This document shows positions 40,901-52,749 of a stretch of DNA of 64,000 nt, piece by piece. The DNA comes from Raillietiella orientalis (taxonomy: Eukaryota): NCBI GenBank assembly GCA_036172245.1, contig JAYWIR010000039.1, forward strand, positions 372,001 to 436,000, read 5' to 3'. How positions within the stretch are numbered: position 1 is the first letter of the stretch; each line of letters opens with the position of its first letter. The notes under the pieces are model-generated. The model searched no databases. It was not told where the DNA came from and worked only from the letters and a program-made list of their open reading frames with translations. The position numbers were made by a program, and so were the translations under genes.

Positions 40901-41667
40901 GATATTCTTTCCCAAAGGAGAGTGAGGAGAACACTTTTTTTTTTGTACGGGAATGTTGGAAGTAAACAACCGACCCGTGAGTACAGAACTTCCAGTAACT
41001 CAAATGAACCGCAAGACAACAAGTACATTTCTTCTATGCACAGCATATGATGTTGAAAATAAATTTTTCCTGAAAGGAAACTCTGGCGAAAAAAGTAGTT
41101 TAAGCACTGCTGAACTGTGACAGACAAGAATAACATAAACTACAAACCTACTTGGATTTCCGTTGCCTTCCAACTCAAACATTGTTTCTTGTGACGGGGA
41201 TGCTTGGTTAAAGATATTTTGATTTGATTCTTTATATAAGGAAAAAAAATCCTTCAATGAAGTTTGTCCGGCAGGCAGAAGGGAGGGAACAGTTGTCGAA
41301 CTCGTAGAAACTTTTCTAACGGAAAATGGACTGCAAAAGAGTTCTACAGCTACTTTAGAGACTCGACTTACAAAATAGGAGCAACGTTATTTTCTTCGTT
41401 TCCAGAAGTGGATTGAGATACACGATGAATCCTTTCTTCCAATTTTGATTGATGTCCATTGATGAAAAAAGTGTCATCGTTTCTCGTTTTCAGGCTTTCA
41501 CTTATTATCCCATTCCTGATCGGAGGACCTTCTGTCAGATGTGGATTGATTACTTTAACGTCATCGTTTATTTTCTCAAAGGTATTCCATCCATTTACTT
41601 TGGAAGAGAGACTATCGGAATTCGAAAGAGGTTTCCAAATATCTCTAAATAAATCCTCGAATTCCAT
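19995..41667 (-). CDS. HFM1: Meiotic DExH helicase HFM1/MER3. Core exons: ~38913-38710, 36785-36565, 36296-36109, 33119-32969, 32919-32784, 32736-32617, 32568-32393, 32069-31844, 26700-26555, 21624-21440, 21393-21296, 21235-21021, 20979-20750, 20705-20605, 20564-20371, 20327-19995. N-terminal exons (41667 to ~39095) are tentative
   Basis: Motifs [72 protein letters not shown] and [13 protein letters not shown] Sec63-like region ([28 protein letters not shown]) precedes the C-terminal zinc finger [19 protein letters not shown] typical of HFM1. Core junctions splice in frame with no stops. Confidence 0.92.
22560..24895 (-). mobile_element. Decayed hAT transposase (GTF2IRD2/SPIN/Buster-like) inside an HFM1 intron
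   Basis: Fragments occur in order: [22 protein letters not shown] (BED-like), [49 protein letters not shown] and the C-terminal SRLTDENL...QRSH. A possible terminus CAGCCATGGGAAACC sits at 24895. No TSD was found. Confidence 0.75.
27200..27660 (-). pseudogene. Degenerate DNA-transposase fragment (HxDG[K/R]...ExLLG...GT.G...FDN..THSGK pattern, hATm-like)
   Basis: Broken frames LIHFDGR..., [27 protein letters not shown] resemble remembered transposase motifs. The family assignment is inferred. Confidence 0.4.
27484..27517 (-). pseudogene. U2 snRNA 5' fragment (about nt 1-34)
   Basis: The minus strand reads CGCTTCTCGGCCTTTTCGCTAAGATCAAAGTG, one mismatch in 32 nt from the U2 5' sequence as I recall it (CGCTTCTCGGCCTTTTGGCTAAGATCAAAGTG). 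GTTCAC direct repeats sit at 27481-27486 and 27516-27521. Confidence 0.88.
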
Positions 41668-44512
41668 CTCGCTTATGCGAATAAGTTTTCTGTAAAAAAA
41701 AAAAAAAAAAAAAAAAAAAGAAAAGGAACATCAAGAGATAGAACATTTCGGAATAATTATACTCGGATGTCAAAACAGATAGACTCCAAGGAGGTTGCAA
41801 TGCCATCTCAGCATTGGAAATTCATCCGTTAAACTACGGACTACTCATATTATCGTAAAGTAATAGCTACTTCGAATAAGGAAATATGCTGTTCATTCCA
41901 ATGGCAGAATTTTATCGGAACAAAACAGCGATACACAGTAATCACTATGGTATGCCCATGCATTCTATAATCACAATGAAACTTATTTACGATTATAGAA
42001 GGTAATCATGACACTATTCCATTATACATCAATTCCATAATAGCAAGTTACTCGCTTACAAATTACATCCGAATCTTACATTTCCATTTGAAGTTCATAT
42101 AGTCAAAACATATGTCTGGGAAATGTACTTGAAAATCATTGCTTATGATTACAGTTCAGACGGGACCTTTTCGTCACTTATTGATAGAATGCATGGCATA
42201 CATGCATAGATTTTATGATGACTAGAAGGACAGGAAAAAAAAAAAAAAAAAAGAAGAAGTTACAATCACATTTTAATCTTATTTAATCCAAATTGGAAAT
42301 GGAGTTCGGTTCCTTATGCTGAAGCTCATCATTCAGCACAATGTGGTTCACAATGGCTTGTGATTTGTCACACGCATGAAAATTCCACAAAGTCTTTTTT
42401 AAGCACGGCATGTTGCATTCGGTTTGAATTTTCTCTTTCGGGACATCGGGCAGAGTTTTAAGACGACTTCACTTCAAACGGATTCAGTTTCATTTATGAC
42501 ACTGAAAATTTCGATCTCACAAATGAAATCCAAATGAAGAAACAAAAAAACAATACAGCTCCGTGACTGAAGAGTGATTTTTTCGTTTTTGTTTTTTCCT
42601 TCCTTCACTGACAGTAAATAAGGAAAATTGGATGGACAGATCAAAAATTCGTGTTAAGAGCATGGCAAACAAGGAAGGACTTCATAATGGACATGGTCTT
42701 TCATGGACACTTGAAGTATACGTATACACGCTCAAATTCTCTAATCATTTAATACATTTTTTTTAAAACAATATTTAAAAATTGATATCAAATCCATATA
42801 AAAGTTTAAGGTCATCAAGACACTCGCGAAAGTTTTCATGGACTCACAAGTTTGAAAATATAAGTCGAAGTGCCAAGAGCATTTTCAAGTTTGCCTAATA
42901 TGATGTAAGAATAGTAAGAGCAGATGAACGAAAGCAATTGATTAAACTTCACTAGAGAAATTAATCTAATGGAAGTAATATTTTTTCCTAATAAAGCTGT
43001 TCTGATAGGTTCGAATTATCTAGATCTGCCTCTAATTTAGCACGTTCAACACACATTAAAAAGCCATGATCAGCCTGTTTAGATCACTCAATTTCGACAA
43101 TGGTAGTCTAAAAGCATTATCTAAAGTATGGATCTCCACTAAACTGTCTTCAGCATATGAACAGAGAAGTCAGTGAAGCAATGTACAATTTCAGAAGTTC
43201 AATAAAATCCACCAATTCTATGTATGTTCTGGGGAGGCCACAATATTCTAAAACTAGGTTTCCCTTTCGAATGACCCACGAAATTTTTTTCCTGATAGCA
43301 AAAGACAATTTCGAATCCAAGTTTACAATCAACTGCATGAAAACCAAAAGAACAGAACTGTTCCACTTCACCCAAAGTGTGAAGTTTTTCGGTATGAAAG
43401 TTCTTCACACATAGTCATACTAGCTATGCACATTCATACAGTCATGTCCAGTCTGATTTTCAAAGAACTCAAAATTTGACAGTATGAAAGTTAAAATTCG
43501 TAATTTATTAAATGCATCCGTAGTGCTGCAAAGCATTCACAATTAGATTTCATTAATAATATTTCCAACACTTTTAGAATTTCAGAATGGAAAAGGAACG
43601 TTTTAATTATTACTTCAAATATTTTCTGCATTCAACAGTCATAAGAATTTCATAAATCTATCTTAAACATTTAGTTACTTATTCCTACAACAAGCTATAA
43701 ATCTGCAACTTGTTATCTGAATCGTATCAAAAGAACAAATTTGCAAGATAAGAAAAACAGCACACTTCGAAAACGATACAATTACTAAAGTTTTACGTTG
43801 ACACGATAAAAAGATTTCACTCAGAAATATGCGTGCAGAAATGCAAATCGTTGAAAACTTCACAAGTAAATCAAGGATTTTGTCTACGAGTTCACAGAAA
43901 CATTGTGAATGGAGTCGTATTTAAGATCTCTGATGCAATAAATCGGTTTCTTTGTTTAGGCCTATTTGAAAATGTCAACAGAAACGATAATATTATAGAC
44001 ATTACTTATTCACTCATGATTCTCTATAAAAATGTGCAACTGCGTGAATTTATATAATTAATGATATCGTTGCAAAAATATTTCATTAAAGTAGTACTTT
44101 TAGGATGTATGAAACTAATATTTTTAAGTTTGTATCAAATATACGTGCATTAACAAGGAATGAGAGATGTCAGTAGTATATGTCCGTGTGCTTCTTAACT
44201 TTGCCTGTATGATTATATTTCATGTATATCCAAGCAATATAATTTTTAATCACAAATTCATTTATTATCTTCGCCAAAAAGTTGTGAACAATTTATTCAA
44301 GCTTATTAGCTATTACTTTAAAATTTTGCGATTGAAGATGTGTGTAAATTCAATCAAGTAATGCCTGAATTATGAATTGTTAACTTAAGCAAAAGAAACG
44401 ATTTCATGCAGTTTCGAAATAATAAGGTCCTAGTTTAATGATTTTATTATAATTAATTAAAATAATGTAATTATTTATGAATAAATTTCCAGTTGCTTGC
44501 GGAGGATTTTAG

Positions 44513-44550
44513 ATTCTTTAGGCCAAAGATTCATCTTTGGCCTAAAGAAT
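44513..44550. repeat. Perfect palindrome, 18-bp arms and 2-nt loop
   Basis: ATTCTTTAGGCCAAAGAT-TC-ATCTTTGGCCTAAAGAAT. Confidence 0.95.
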
Positions 44551-47500
44551 ATTTAAATCACCTTTAAGTATATTTCAGTTATTTTTAAAGAAATTGTTTC
44601 TGATTTTTTGGTTTTATTCTACTTAGTACATTACCTGTGTTAAGGAAACATTGTGTCGAAAAGTATTCGCTCTTAGTAACAAAAAATTTTATACAATTAT
44701 TATCCTGACCATCAATATTGCCAATTATCTTGAATCAACAAAATGTTCAAATTGCTAAACCAGGTTTAAACCGAAATTGCATACAATTTCCTACGCAAAG
44801 AAATGTCTCTGCAGCAATCGATATCGGTAATGATTTTATCGATAGACAATTTCCAAGTATATTATTTGTTTTGACGAAAAAACAAACCAACTTCATATTA
44901 GGAAAACACTTATCGATGTTCAGTTTGTATTTCATACGTCTTTCATTACGCCAAAAACTGTGATTTCATCATCAGGTTCCTTGGCTGCACAGCTGGCAAC
45001 CATGCGCTACTTGGTTTCGGCGGTTTTCCGTAGATTTGCAAGTACATTTCATTGTATACTTGATTTAACAGAACAAATTCTCCAAAGGAGTCCTCAAGCT
45101 TTCGAACATCAATATTTGTTCAAAAGTGAGGTGAAGAATCCTCCCTAACAACTCAATACCAGGTAGCTTAATTTAGTGAAAGATCTGAAGAGTTCACAGA
45201 ACTCAAATGCAGGCTGGCCTCAGTTCTGGCTTCCTGTTGGCACCTGTTGGTCACATCCCAGTCACGGATTCATGCATTTCCATCATTTCCAGTTGCTCCT
45301 TTTGTGTTGTTTTCCAGCTCCCTGCTCATTCTGAAATTTCAATCATGAAGATATCTGTCTCGAGATTTTCTGCATAGCACTAAGCAATCAACAAACAGGT
45401 CAAGAAATACAAAAAGGCTTCGGTTCCCATTAACCGTGAGGATGTTTGCTTCTTCGCTAAAATAGGGAGCAGTTAAGATTATTCAAGAGTTCAGACACGT
45501 TGAATGCGGAAAGGTTTTCCGTTCCTCTTATGAAAGTGGACCACTTTACTCGGGTGGTTTCATAAAAATATATTGAACCCACAAAGTGTTCTGTGGCTTC
45601 ATGGCCGAAGAGAGATCGGAATATCTTTCTTTCTTCCTCTTTCTGCCTGGCGACTGCCGCATCTCATCCTGTGATGCAATTCAGTCATAAATATCTTCGT
45701 GATTCACAATGCAATGCAAACGAGATGCAATAACGGGTGCACGGGAGGATTTATTTGCTGCTATTAAACATTAGGAGTTTATGTACTTATGAGTTTTTAT
45801 GGGAGTCCTCTGAGTTCGTTGGAAGGATGGCGACCATTTTGCTCATCAGTTTCACGTTAGGTAGACTTTTACCCATCAGTCAAGCCAGTGATCCAGTTTC
45901 TCATGAGCTTTGGAAATTGTGCTTGGAAAGATAAGTTCAACCCATGAAGCAAGTCAGACCCATCCCTGATTAATTAATAGCAGCACTAGCGCCTCTTTCG
46001 TAATCAACTATTCAGGAGTCTGATAAGGAAAGTAAAGAATCCTCAAAGAGTATCGTTTTCGCTGATTCAAGCAGTGTGGCTGACAGGAAAGTATCCAATG
46101 TGTTTGTTTTTCCCGTCGGATGAACATTTCCGCAATTACTATGTTTGGTTGCTACGAGATTTTCCAACGTCGAGTAAAGGATCTTTCGATTTCGAATCCG
46201 AGACCATTCCCATCCAAAGGTGCTCTTGGAAGAAAGTCGGTCTCCACCGCTCCAAGTCACGAGCGTTGTCCGTTACGGAACAGAACACGAAACATCTCAT
46301 AGCTGCCTCCCAGCAAAAGGAGCACATCCACAGGAGTGTTTTACAGAAGACTGACGACCGCTAATTGCATGAGCTCTGCCTACTTTACAAGCTTTCGTTC
46401 AGAGCACGACCTCATTTAGAGTGGAGGATCCAAGTTCTCCTCACAACCCTCACAAGAACGGTACTTTGGTGCAGGTTTGAGTATTGACTCAACAACCCAA
46501 TCCACTGAAGACCACGTATAATTCCATACCATTAACTTCTCTTTTGGCGCGGATTGCTTCTTCAGTGATTGCTTTGGAGAAAAAGTCCTGTGTTCCAAGG
46601 GAACCAGAACTTCCGGTACACGCATGTGCAAAGAAAGCAAGAGTTTATTTTTATCTTCGTTTTCCGATGAATTTTGATGATGGGATATTTGGAGCCCAGA
46701 TGGTATGTTGTTACAAAGCTGCCAATCATGTGGACATTCAAAATTGAGTTTTCCACCTCGTCCGCTCCTGTGTCTGCGAGTTGCTTACGAATCCTTCCTT
46801 CATCTGGCACAAGTTTTCCTTATTCGTCATTGTCTTGAAATTGGTCAGGGTTTCTTGAAAGACCATCCGATCCTTCCAAAGCAAATCCGTTTTCAGAGAC
46901 GATCTTAAAACCAATACTTTTCGCTGGTTTCTCAACGCTAAGCTTCCTGCGTTCTAAAACATGGGGTTTCCCGCCCAGGGATCCAGCTGATTGATTTTGA
47001 AAATTTTGGAGTTGCTTCAAGAACCAGCAGCTTCCAAATGAGAAGTGGTTTCCTGGTTATTTTTCCCTAGTTTTGAGCGTTTTTCTTTTTTCGAGCCCAG
47101 GCTTTCTGGAACAGCAACGGCGTCCGTACGGCGTGCTCCTTCATAGCTGAATCGCACTCCCGTTGCAAAAAATGCATGCGTGACGTCGGCTGTTTCGAGA
47201 TTCGCATTGCCATTGCACCTGCTCATTTCTTTTTCCTGGCAGAGACGGTTGCTAGTGGTAATTCTCGCTCGACCTTTCTCGTTGCCCCCCTTCCTGTAGA
47301 GATTTCCCATTTTCCCGCTTTATCCTTTTGGTTTCTTGCTTCTGCAGTCATTATCACTGCTGCCCCTCAGAGTCCCTGCTCCCGATCTTTGTTCCTTTTG
47401 CATGCCCATGTGGCTGCAAGTTTCAGCATCTTCATAAGTGTTACGATAAATTCGCCAACCCTCGAAGCAGGAAATTCCTCTCGATTACGTAATGATGACC

Positions 47501-48129
47501 TGCAATTTGCATGTCAACACTTGGGAATATTCAAATAAAGAACGAGCATAATGCGAAGCACGTGCGAATCTTCTTCCTGCATTCCGAGCTCTTTCCTACT
47601 TATCTTTAGAACTGGCTCGCTTCGTTCCAACATCTCTTTCGGTCTGATGCCTTCCTTATTTTTGTTTGTCTATCTGTTAATCGCATCTTCGTTTCCGTTT
47701 TCTCTTCTTCAAAACTCGAAATTTCCTAAGAGATTTGCTGGAAACATAGTGAAACTCCTTCAGCCATTTCGGCAAGGTCGTACTCTTACGGGCTGCTGAT
47801 GTTCCCCACGAAAACTCCGCTTTCTATGAGACCGGCTGTCTTCCTGTTTTGAGGAAATCCAGATGCGAGCATGGTCTTTCGGTATCTCATGTTTTGAGCA
47901 TCTTCTGCAAAAGTAAATGTCCGGTAATTTCTGTTCCATCTTTCCTTTCATGTGACCTTGCCTACTCCCGAACAGCCACATCGTGTTCCTGCTCCATCAT
48001 TTCTTTTTTGCCTTTTTTTGGTTCGCAAAGTGCTGAAGAGCCGTTCTCCCCCTCTTGGGGGGCTCACGAAGGTCTCTGATGCTTTCCGCGCCACCCGAGC
48101 GAATATGCGTGTGGTAAGTTACCACTCCT

Positions 48130-49344
48130 CAAGTTAGGGGGTGCCCCGGGAGTGGATCACCTCCCTGTGAATCCAGGAAGGATCAGAAGGAAGGGTTTTG
48201 TTCCTATTACGCTTGGTAGGGAAACCCGGAGGGATCATCTTTCTTATTCTTTTCAAAGGGACCCCCCGGAAAAGGTTCGCTCCTGGTCACCTCCTCTTAA
48301 GGGAACCCCGAAGGAACGCTTCCCGATTCCTCTCTGAAGTGCGCACCCCGAAGGGAGCAATGCGCTTCTTGATGCTCTGGAGAGGCAACAACTCCCTGAA
48401 GGAGGTATCGACCAGCTGCATGTGCGCGATGGAGGGGTTCCATTTTCGCAACCGAAGGGAAACCCAGGACGGCTCCTTGATTCCTGGAAGAACCTCGGAG
48501 GGTCAGCTTCCAATCCCGGCCAGTCAACAGGAGCATCCGGCTTCCACAACTGCACGCTCCGAGAGATCCTGGAAGATCCCACGAAGAGTGCCTGGGCAAG
48601 CAGAACCACCCTCGCCACCGAGCTTCCCTCCCTTAGGGAACACATGGACAGCAGCCTTACGGCTAGATGAGAGGTTACTGTGGACATTTCCGGAAGGAGA
48701 AGAGGACTGGGCGAGTGGACGACGGGCCAGCTCACTGACGCTCGGACCCCGAGTACTCGACCTTGTGGACTTTTGCGCTAGGGCGTGCTACTGGATATTC
48801 TGGAAGAAGACCTGCAGTGGCCCCCAGCGCCGAAGAGCAACCGGGCCTTCCCCGTGAAGTGGCAGGAGTCGGCATTGATGCTGCTGCACTGGAGTCTTCC
48901 GTGCAACGCCCGTCGGCACCACTGGACACGGTGTGTGTGTGTGGACCGCAATTGTGCAAGGCGCGGGAAGCGAGAATCCCTCCCGCACCTCCTAGTGAAC
49001 TGTTTTGCCCTCCGGCTCCCTTTGGGAACGCTTTGCCACGACCCTCAGAGCCCCCGGTAGCAACGCCAGAGACGTGATGCGGTTCCTCTTTGTGAGAGAC
49101 GTCCTGCAGCCAGCTGCAGATCTTGCAGCGCTTTGCTGCTTTCGTGGAATCGTGGCCGTGTGGAGCGAGGCCAACGGAGGAACCAACGACAGGGGACGTC
49201 ATTTACTTCACTGTCCTCTTTTTACGGACAGCGGCTGGAGGGCCCCATCTAGATGTTAACATGAAACAAAACCTTGCCGGCATCCTCCAAAGGATGCAGA
49301 GGATCGCTTCCCGATTTCCCCAAGTCCCACAAGGGGTGGGGTAA
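48130..49344 (+). mobile_element. Module M (48130-48543) fused to a 5'-truncated Tx1/L1-clade LINE ORF2 C-terminus (48544-49344)
   Basis: A zf-RVT-like motif FPVKWQESALMLLHWSLPCNARRHHW..C...NCARRGKRESLPHLLVNC, with frameshifts. It is highly similar to 60394-61200. Confidence 0.8.
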
Positions 49345-51935
49345 ATTTTTTTTCCAGTTTTACATTACATTCATACTACAATCACATTCACACTACTGGC
49401 ACTATACTACCACTTTGAAGTCCTTGGGTTGTCACAAGTTCTCCACTCAGGGTGGGTTTCCAGATGTTTGGTCCCGGTCGTCGTCCTCAATCCTCTTCAG
49501 GATGAATCGGTACGTCCAGGCATGGAGTCGTCCACAGTTCCCGATGCCGATTTCCTTCTTGATGAGTCCTTGCAGGATCTTCATCGGGGGTGCGGCTCTT
49601 CTGGCTTTCCTCATCTTCCACCACCGCACACGTATGACGGTGATGAAGAGGGCGATGGTCGTTCTTACCATGGGATTGTAGCAGGGAACATTACCATCTC
49701 CCTGGAACATCCCAGCGAGGATTTCCATTACGGACTTGTTGTTGAGTCCTATGATGCTTTTCAGGATCAGCCAGTCGTGTAGCAATGTGGGACACGTCAA
49801 GACGTGAAGTCTCGTATCGATGTCTTCACATGCCGTGCAGTCTTCATCTTCCCGTCTTCGCGTGAAGTGCTTGAGCCTGGACTCGCTCTGGATTCCTCCA
49901 TGATAAAACATAAGGAGGTTGTCCTGGGTGTCTGGCGGAAGGTCACTCCTCCAGAGCGTTGTGCCGATCGCTAACAAGTTGATCCTGTCACTCCCGTAGC
50001 GATCGGCGGCTTCTTGGAGGACACTGGTGTCTTGGTCCTGGTCCTTGATTATCTTCCGGAGGTTCATGTTGGTTACCCTAGACCACCCTAGAAGTTGTTG
50101 TGGTTTATCCACACTTCGCGGGTCTTATGGGTGAACATACCTAGCATCATCTCCATATACCGAAGTATACGAGTGTGATGTAGGTATCCTCCTCGTCGCC
50201 ATTCCTGGATTCTTTGCAGGGTAACTCTGGGCCGCTGGTAGATCCAGCTCCTCGTGTCCGGAGGAACCGGAAGCATCCACGGGCTCACCAGGATGGATTC
50301 CTTCTGCCAGAGTTCCCTGCTTCTTGGCACAATCTTGATCTTGTGCTTGCGCACCAGCCGTTGCTTTCTCCTCCAGGTTGGGTCGATGTTGATCCATTCC
50401 CCTGCACGACCTAGCAGCGCAGTCATTAGGCCTTTGGAGTTGTTCAACTACAACGCGTAGGCCCTATGCGCCGCGTACGGCCAGTCATCCCAGTGAGTAG
50501 CGATATCTAGGATGTGTCGCGAATCCATGATTTCCATGGAATGTGCAAGCGACTTCATCCCAGAACCGCTCTCTTCCCTGGGGCGACACAGGGGTTTTAA
50601 CCTTACTCTTGGGCGATAATGCCCCCACAGTGTCTTCCTCTGCAGCTTTTCTACTTCCCTGGTGTTCTCTTTGTTCATCCTGGCGAAGATCGTTCCGAAG
50701 AGCACCTTTGGAAGGAGTACTCTATTCCAGAGGTTGACCTTTCGCTTCATGCCAAAGTCCAGTCGGGTGTACTTCGCTGCTTCTTTTGCCGTTTTCCCCA
50801 GGATTTCCGTCTACAGTAGCTTCGACGCGAAGTCGTCGCCGATGTAGACTCCCAGGTACTTGGCCGCGTCCACCGTTCGGAATCCTCTCCCCGTGAGAGC
50901 GGAGAGATCCAGGATTCCGACGGGCAAAAGCTGGCTCTTCTGGGCGTTAATCTTCAGGTCCAGTCCTTCTTCCATTAGCGTCACCACATCCAGGAACGCT
51001 TGCTGATCCCTCTCTCCCCTAATGAAGAAGAGGAGATTGTCTGCGTAAGCGAGATGGGTGAGCTTCTTGCTGTTGATTTCCATACCCCGTAGTCGCCCGC
51101 TCTTCTCAATGGAAGAAGACAGCGCCTCCATGTAGATAACGAACAGCATCGGACTTAGAGAGTCTCCCTGCCGAACTCCTCGTTCCATCCGAATGGCTGT
51201 TGTTTCTACCCCGTTGATCTTGATCCGGAAACGTTGATTCCGGAGGATCATTTCTACGAAGTTGCTGAACTATTCCGGAAGTCCCAGCTTTTCCAGAATC
51301 TTCAGCAGCATCCCGTGATCGATGGTGTCGAAGGCTCTCTCCATGTCGGGTTCTCGCCGACGTATCGGCCAAGTCCCACGGTGGCCTGCGCGCACTTGAC
51401 ATTGTCCGACATGTGGCGTCCGGGTACCGCACATGTCTGGACAGGAGAAATCAGCCTCGACATAACCTTGCCTAAGCGGTTGGCCCAGATCTTTGCCAAC
51501 CACTTGGCATCCGAGTTAAAGATCGAGATTGGCCTCCATTGGGCTATCCCAGATAGGTCGCCTCCTTTCGGCAACAATCTCGTCCTGCTCTCGTAGAAGG
51601 ACTCCGGCAGTCGTCCTTGTCGGATGCAGAGGGTCAGCTGGTGGAATAAACTCAGGTAAGCGTGCAGTTACCTCTGATAGTGACTGATGGGAACACTGTC
51701 AGGGCCTGCCGCCACATCCTTGCGTAATTCCTGAAACGCATTCCTCACCTCTTCCTCGGAGAAATCCTCCTCCAGGCTCTTCCGTTGGAGGTCGTCAATC
51801 TTCTTTTCAAGATGGCTCAGGAAGGTCTTCTGTATCGCCTGACAGAGATGTTGTTGCCGGAAGTGTCCCGTATAATGCCTTTCGAAGGCAGCCATGATGT
51901 CCTCCGACGTTTGCCACCCAGATATGCCGGGGCAT
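49345..51935 (-). mobile_element. 5'-truncated, inactivated Tx1/L1-clade non-LTR retrotransposon (RT plus C-terminal zinc finger)
   Basis: Motifs AAGPDSVP, WRPISIFNSDAKWLAKIWANRL, DMERAFDTIDH, GVRQGDSLSPMLF, YADN (YADD mutated), KYLGV, ESGSGM and CTACEDIDTRLHVLTC. There are several stops and frameshifts, and a short poly(A) tail (T9 on +) at ~49345-49353. Confidence 0.93.
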
Positions 51936-52159
51936 TTATTAATCTTATCTTCACAGAATTAGTTAATAAAGTCATTAAACAGTTTGTTGTGGGAAAACAC
52001 TTGGCTTTCCCACGGTAGCAGACGTGTGTCGGCTGTGATCGCCGTACTGGATACGGAAGATATCTGTGGCCAGATTCTTTTTCTCCAGCACGCCGACTTC
52101 CCCTTTTACACTATGGAAGACGTACCGACTCTCGTACTGATCGAAGTACTTTGAGAGGG

Positions 52160-52390
52160 AGCGATCTTGAAGGATCTTTGGAGGATCGCTTCCCTTCCCC
52201 GACCCCCAGAATTGTTTTATTCTTTTTTTGTTTATTTTTCTTTTGCCTTTGGCCCTTTTCCTATGCTACCGTGGTGGTCTTCGCAGGTCTGTGAACCGGC
52301 AACACGGCAAAGTATCTGCAGAAAGGACGTGGTTGGACCACCGTCCCAACCACAAAAATTGTAAAGTGTTTATTTTATTTCAAATAAACG
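52160..52390 (+). mobile_element. LINE 3' end / structured 3'-UTR, paralogous to 61190-61431
   Basis: GGAGGATCGCTTCCC resembles the ORF2 end at ~49300. A T-rich tract is followed by stem-loops and GTTTATTT..AAATAAAC. Confidence 0.6.
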
Positions 52391-52600
52391 GCCCGGCGAA
52401 CCCAGGTGAAAAACCAGTGGCGCTGCAGCCAAAGCCTATAAGACCAACCAACGTCATCTTGCGAGGGGACTCGAAACCCAAATGCACCCTCCCTTCTCGG
52501 CGTTGATCCTTCCCTAGCCGGGACTCGAACCCTCAACGCTCGGTGCCACGCGCGCGGAGACCGCCGCAGCCACATGGCCACCAACGTGGGTCTCTGAAGA
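52390..52600 (-). mobile_element. tRNA-derived (SINE-like) Pol III unit
   Basis: The minus strand has an A-box-like TGGCCATGTGG, a B box GGGTTCGAGTCCC and a second B-like GGTTTCGAGTCC. The body aligns with 61432-61650. Confidence 0.6.
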
Positions 52601-52749
52601 AAGGGAGAGACAGGGAGACACACAGAGAGAAAAAATTGTTTCTCTTCTGCTTTTGAAACTTGCCGTCATGTGTTTGGACCAACTTTTCTGGATAACATCT
52701 TCAGAAACTTTTCTCTGAGACATCGTATTGCCTGTCGATGCAACTGTTG

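Noticed and set aside
52510..52590. Functional tRNA gene
   Set aside because: It has a B box and weak A box but no convincing cloverleaf; treated as tRNA-derived.
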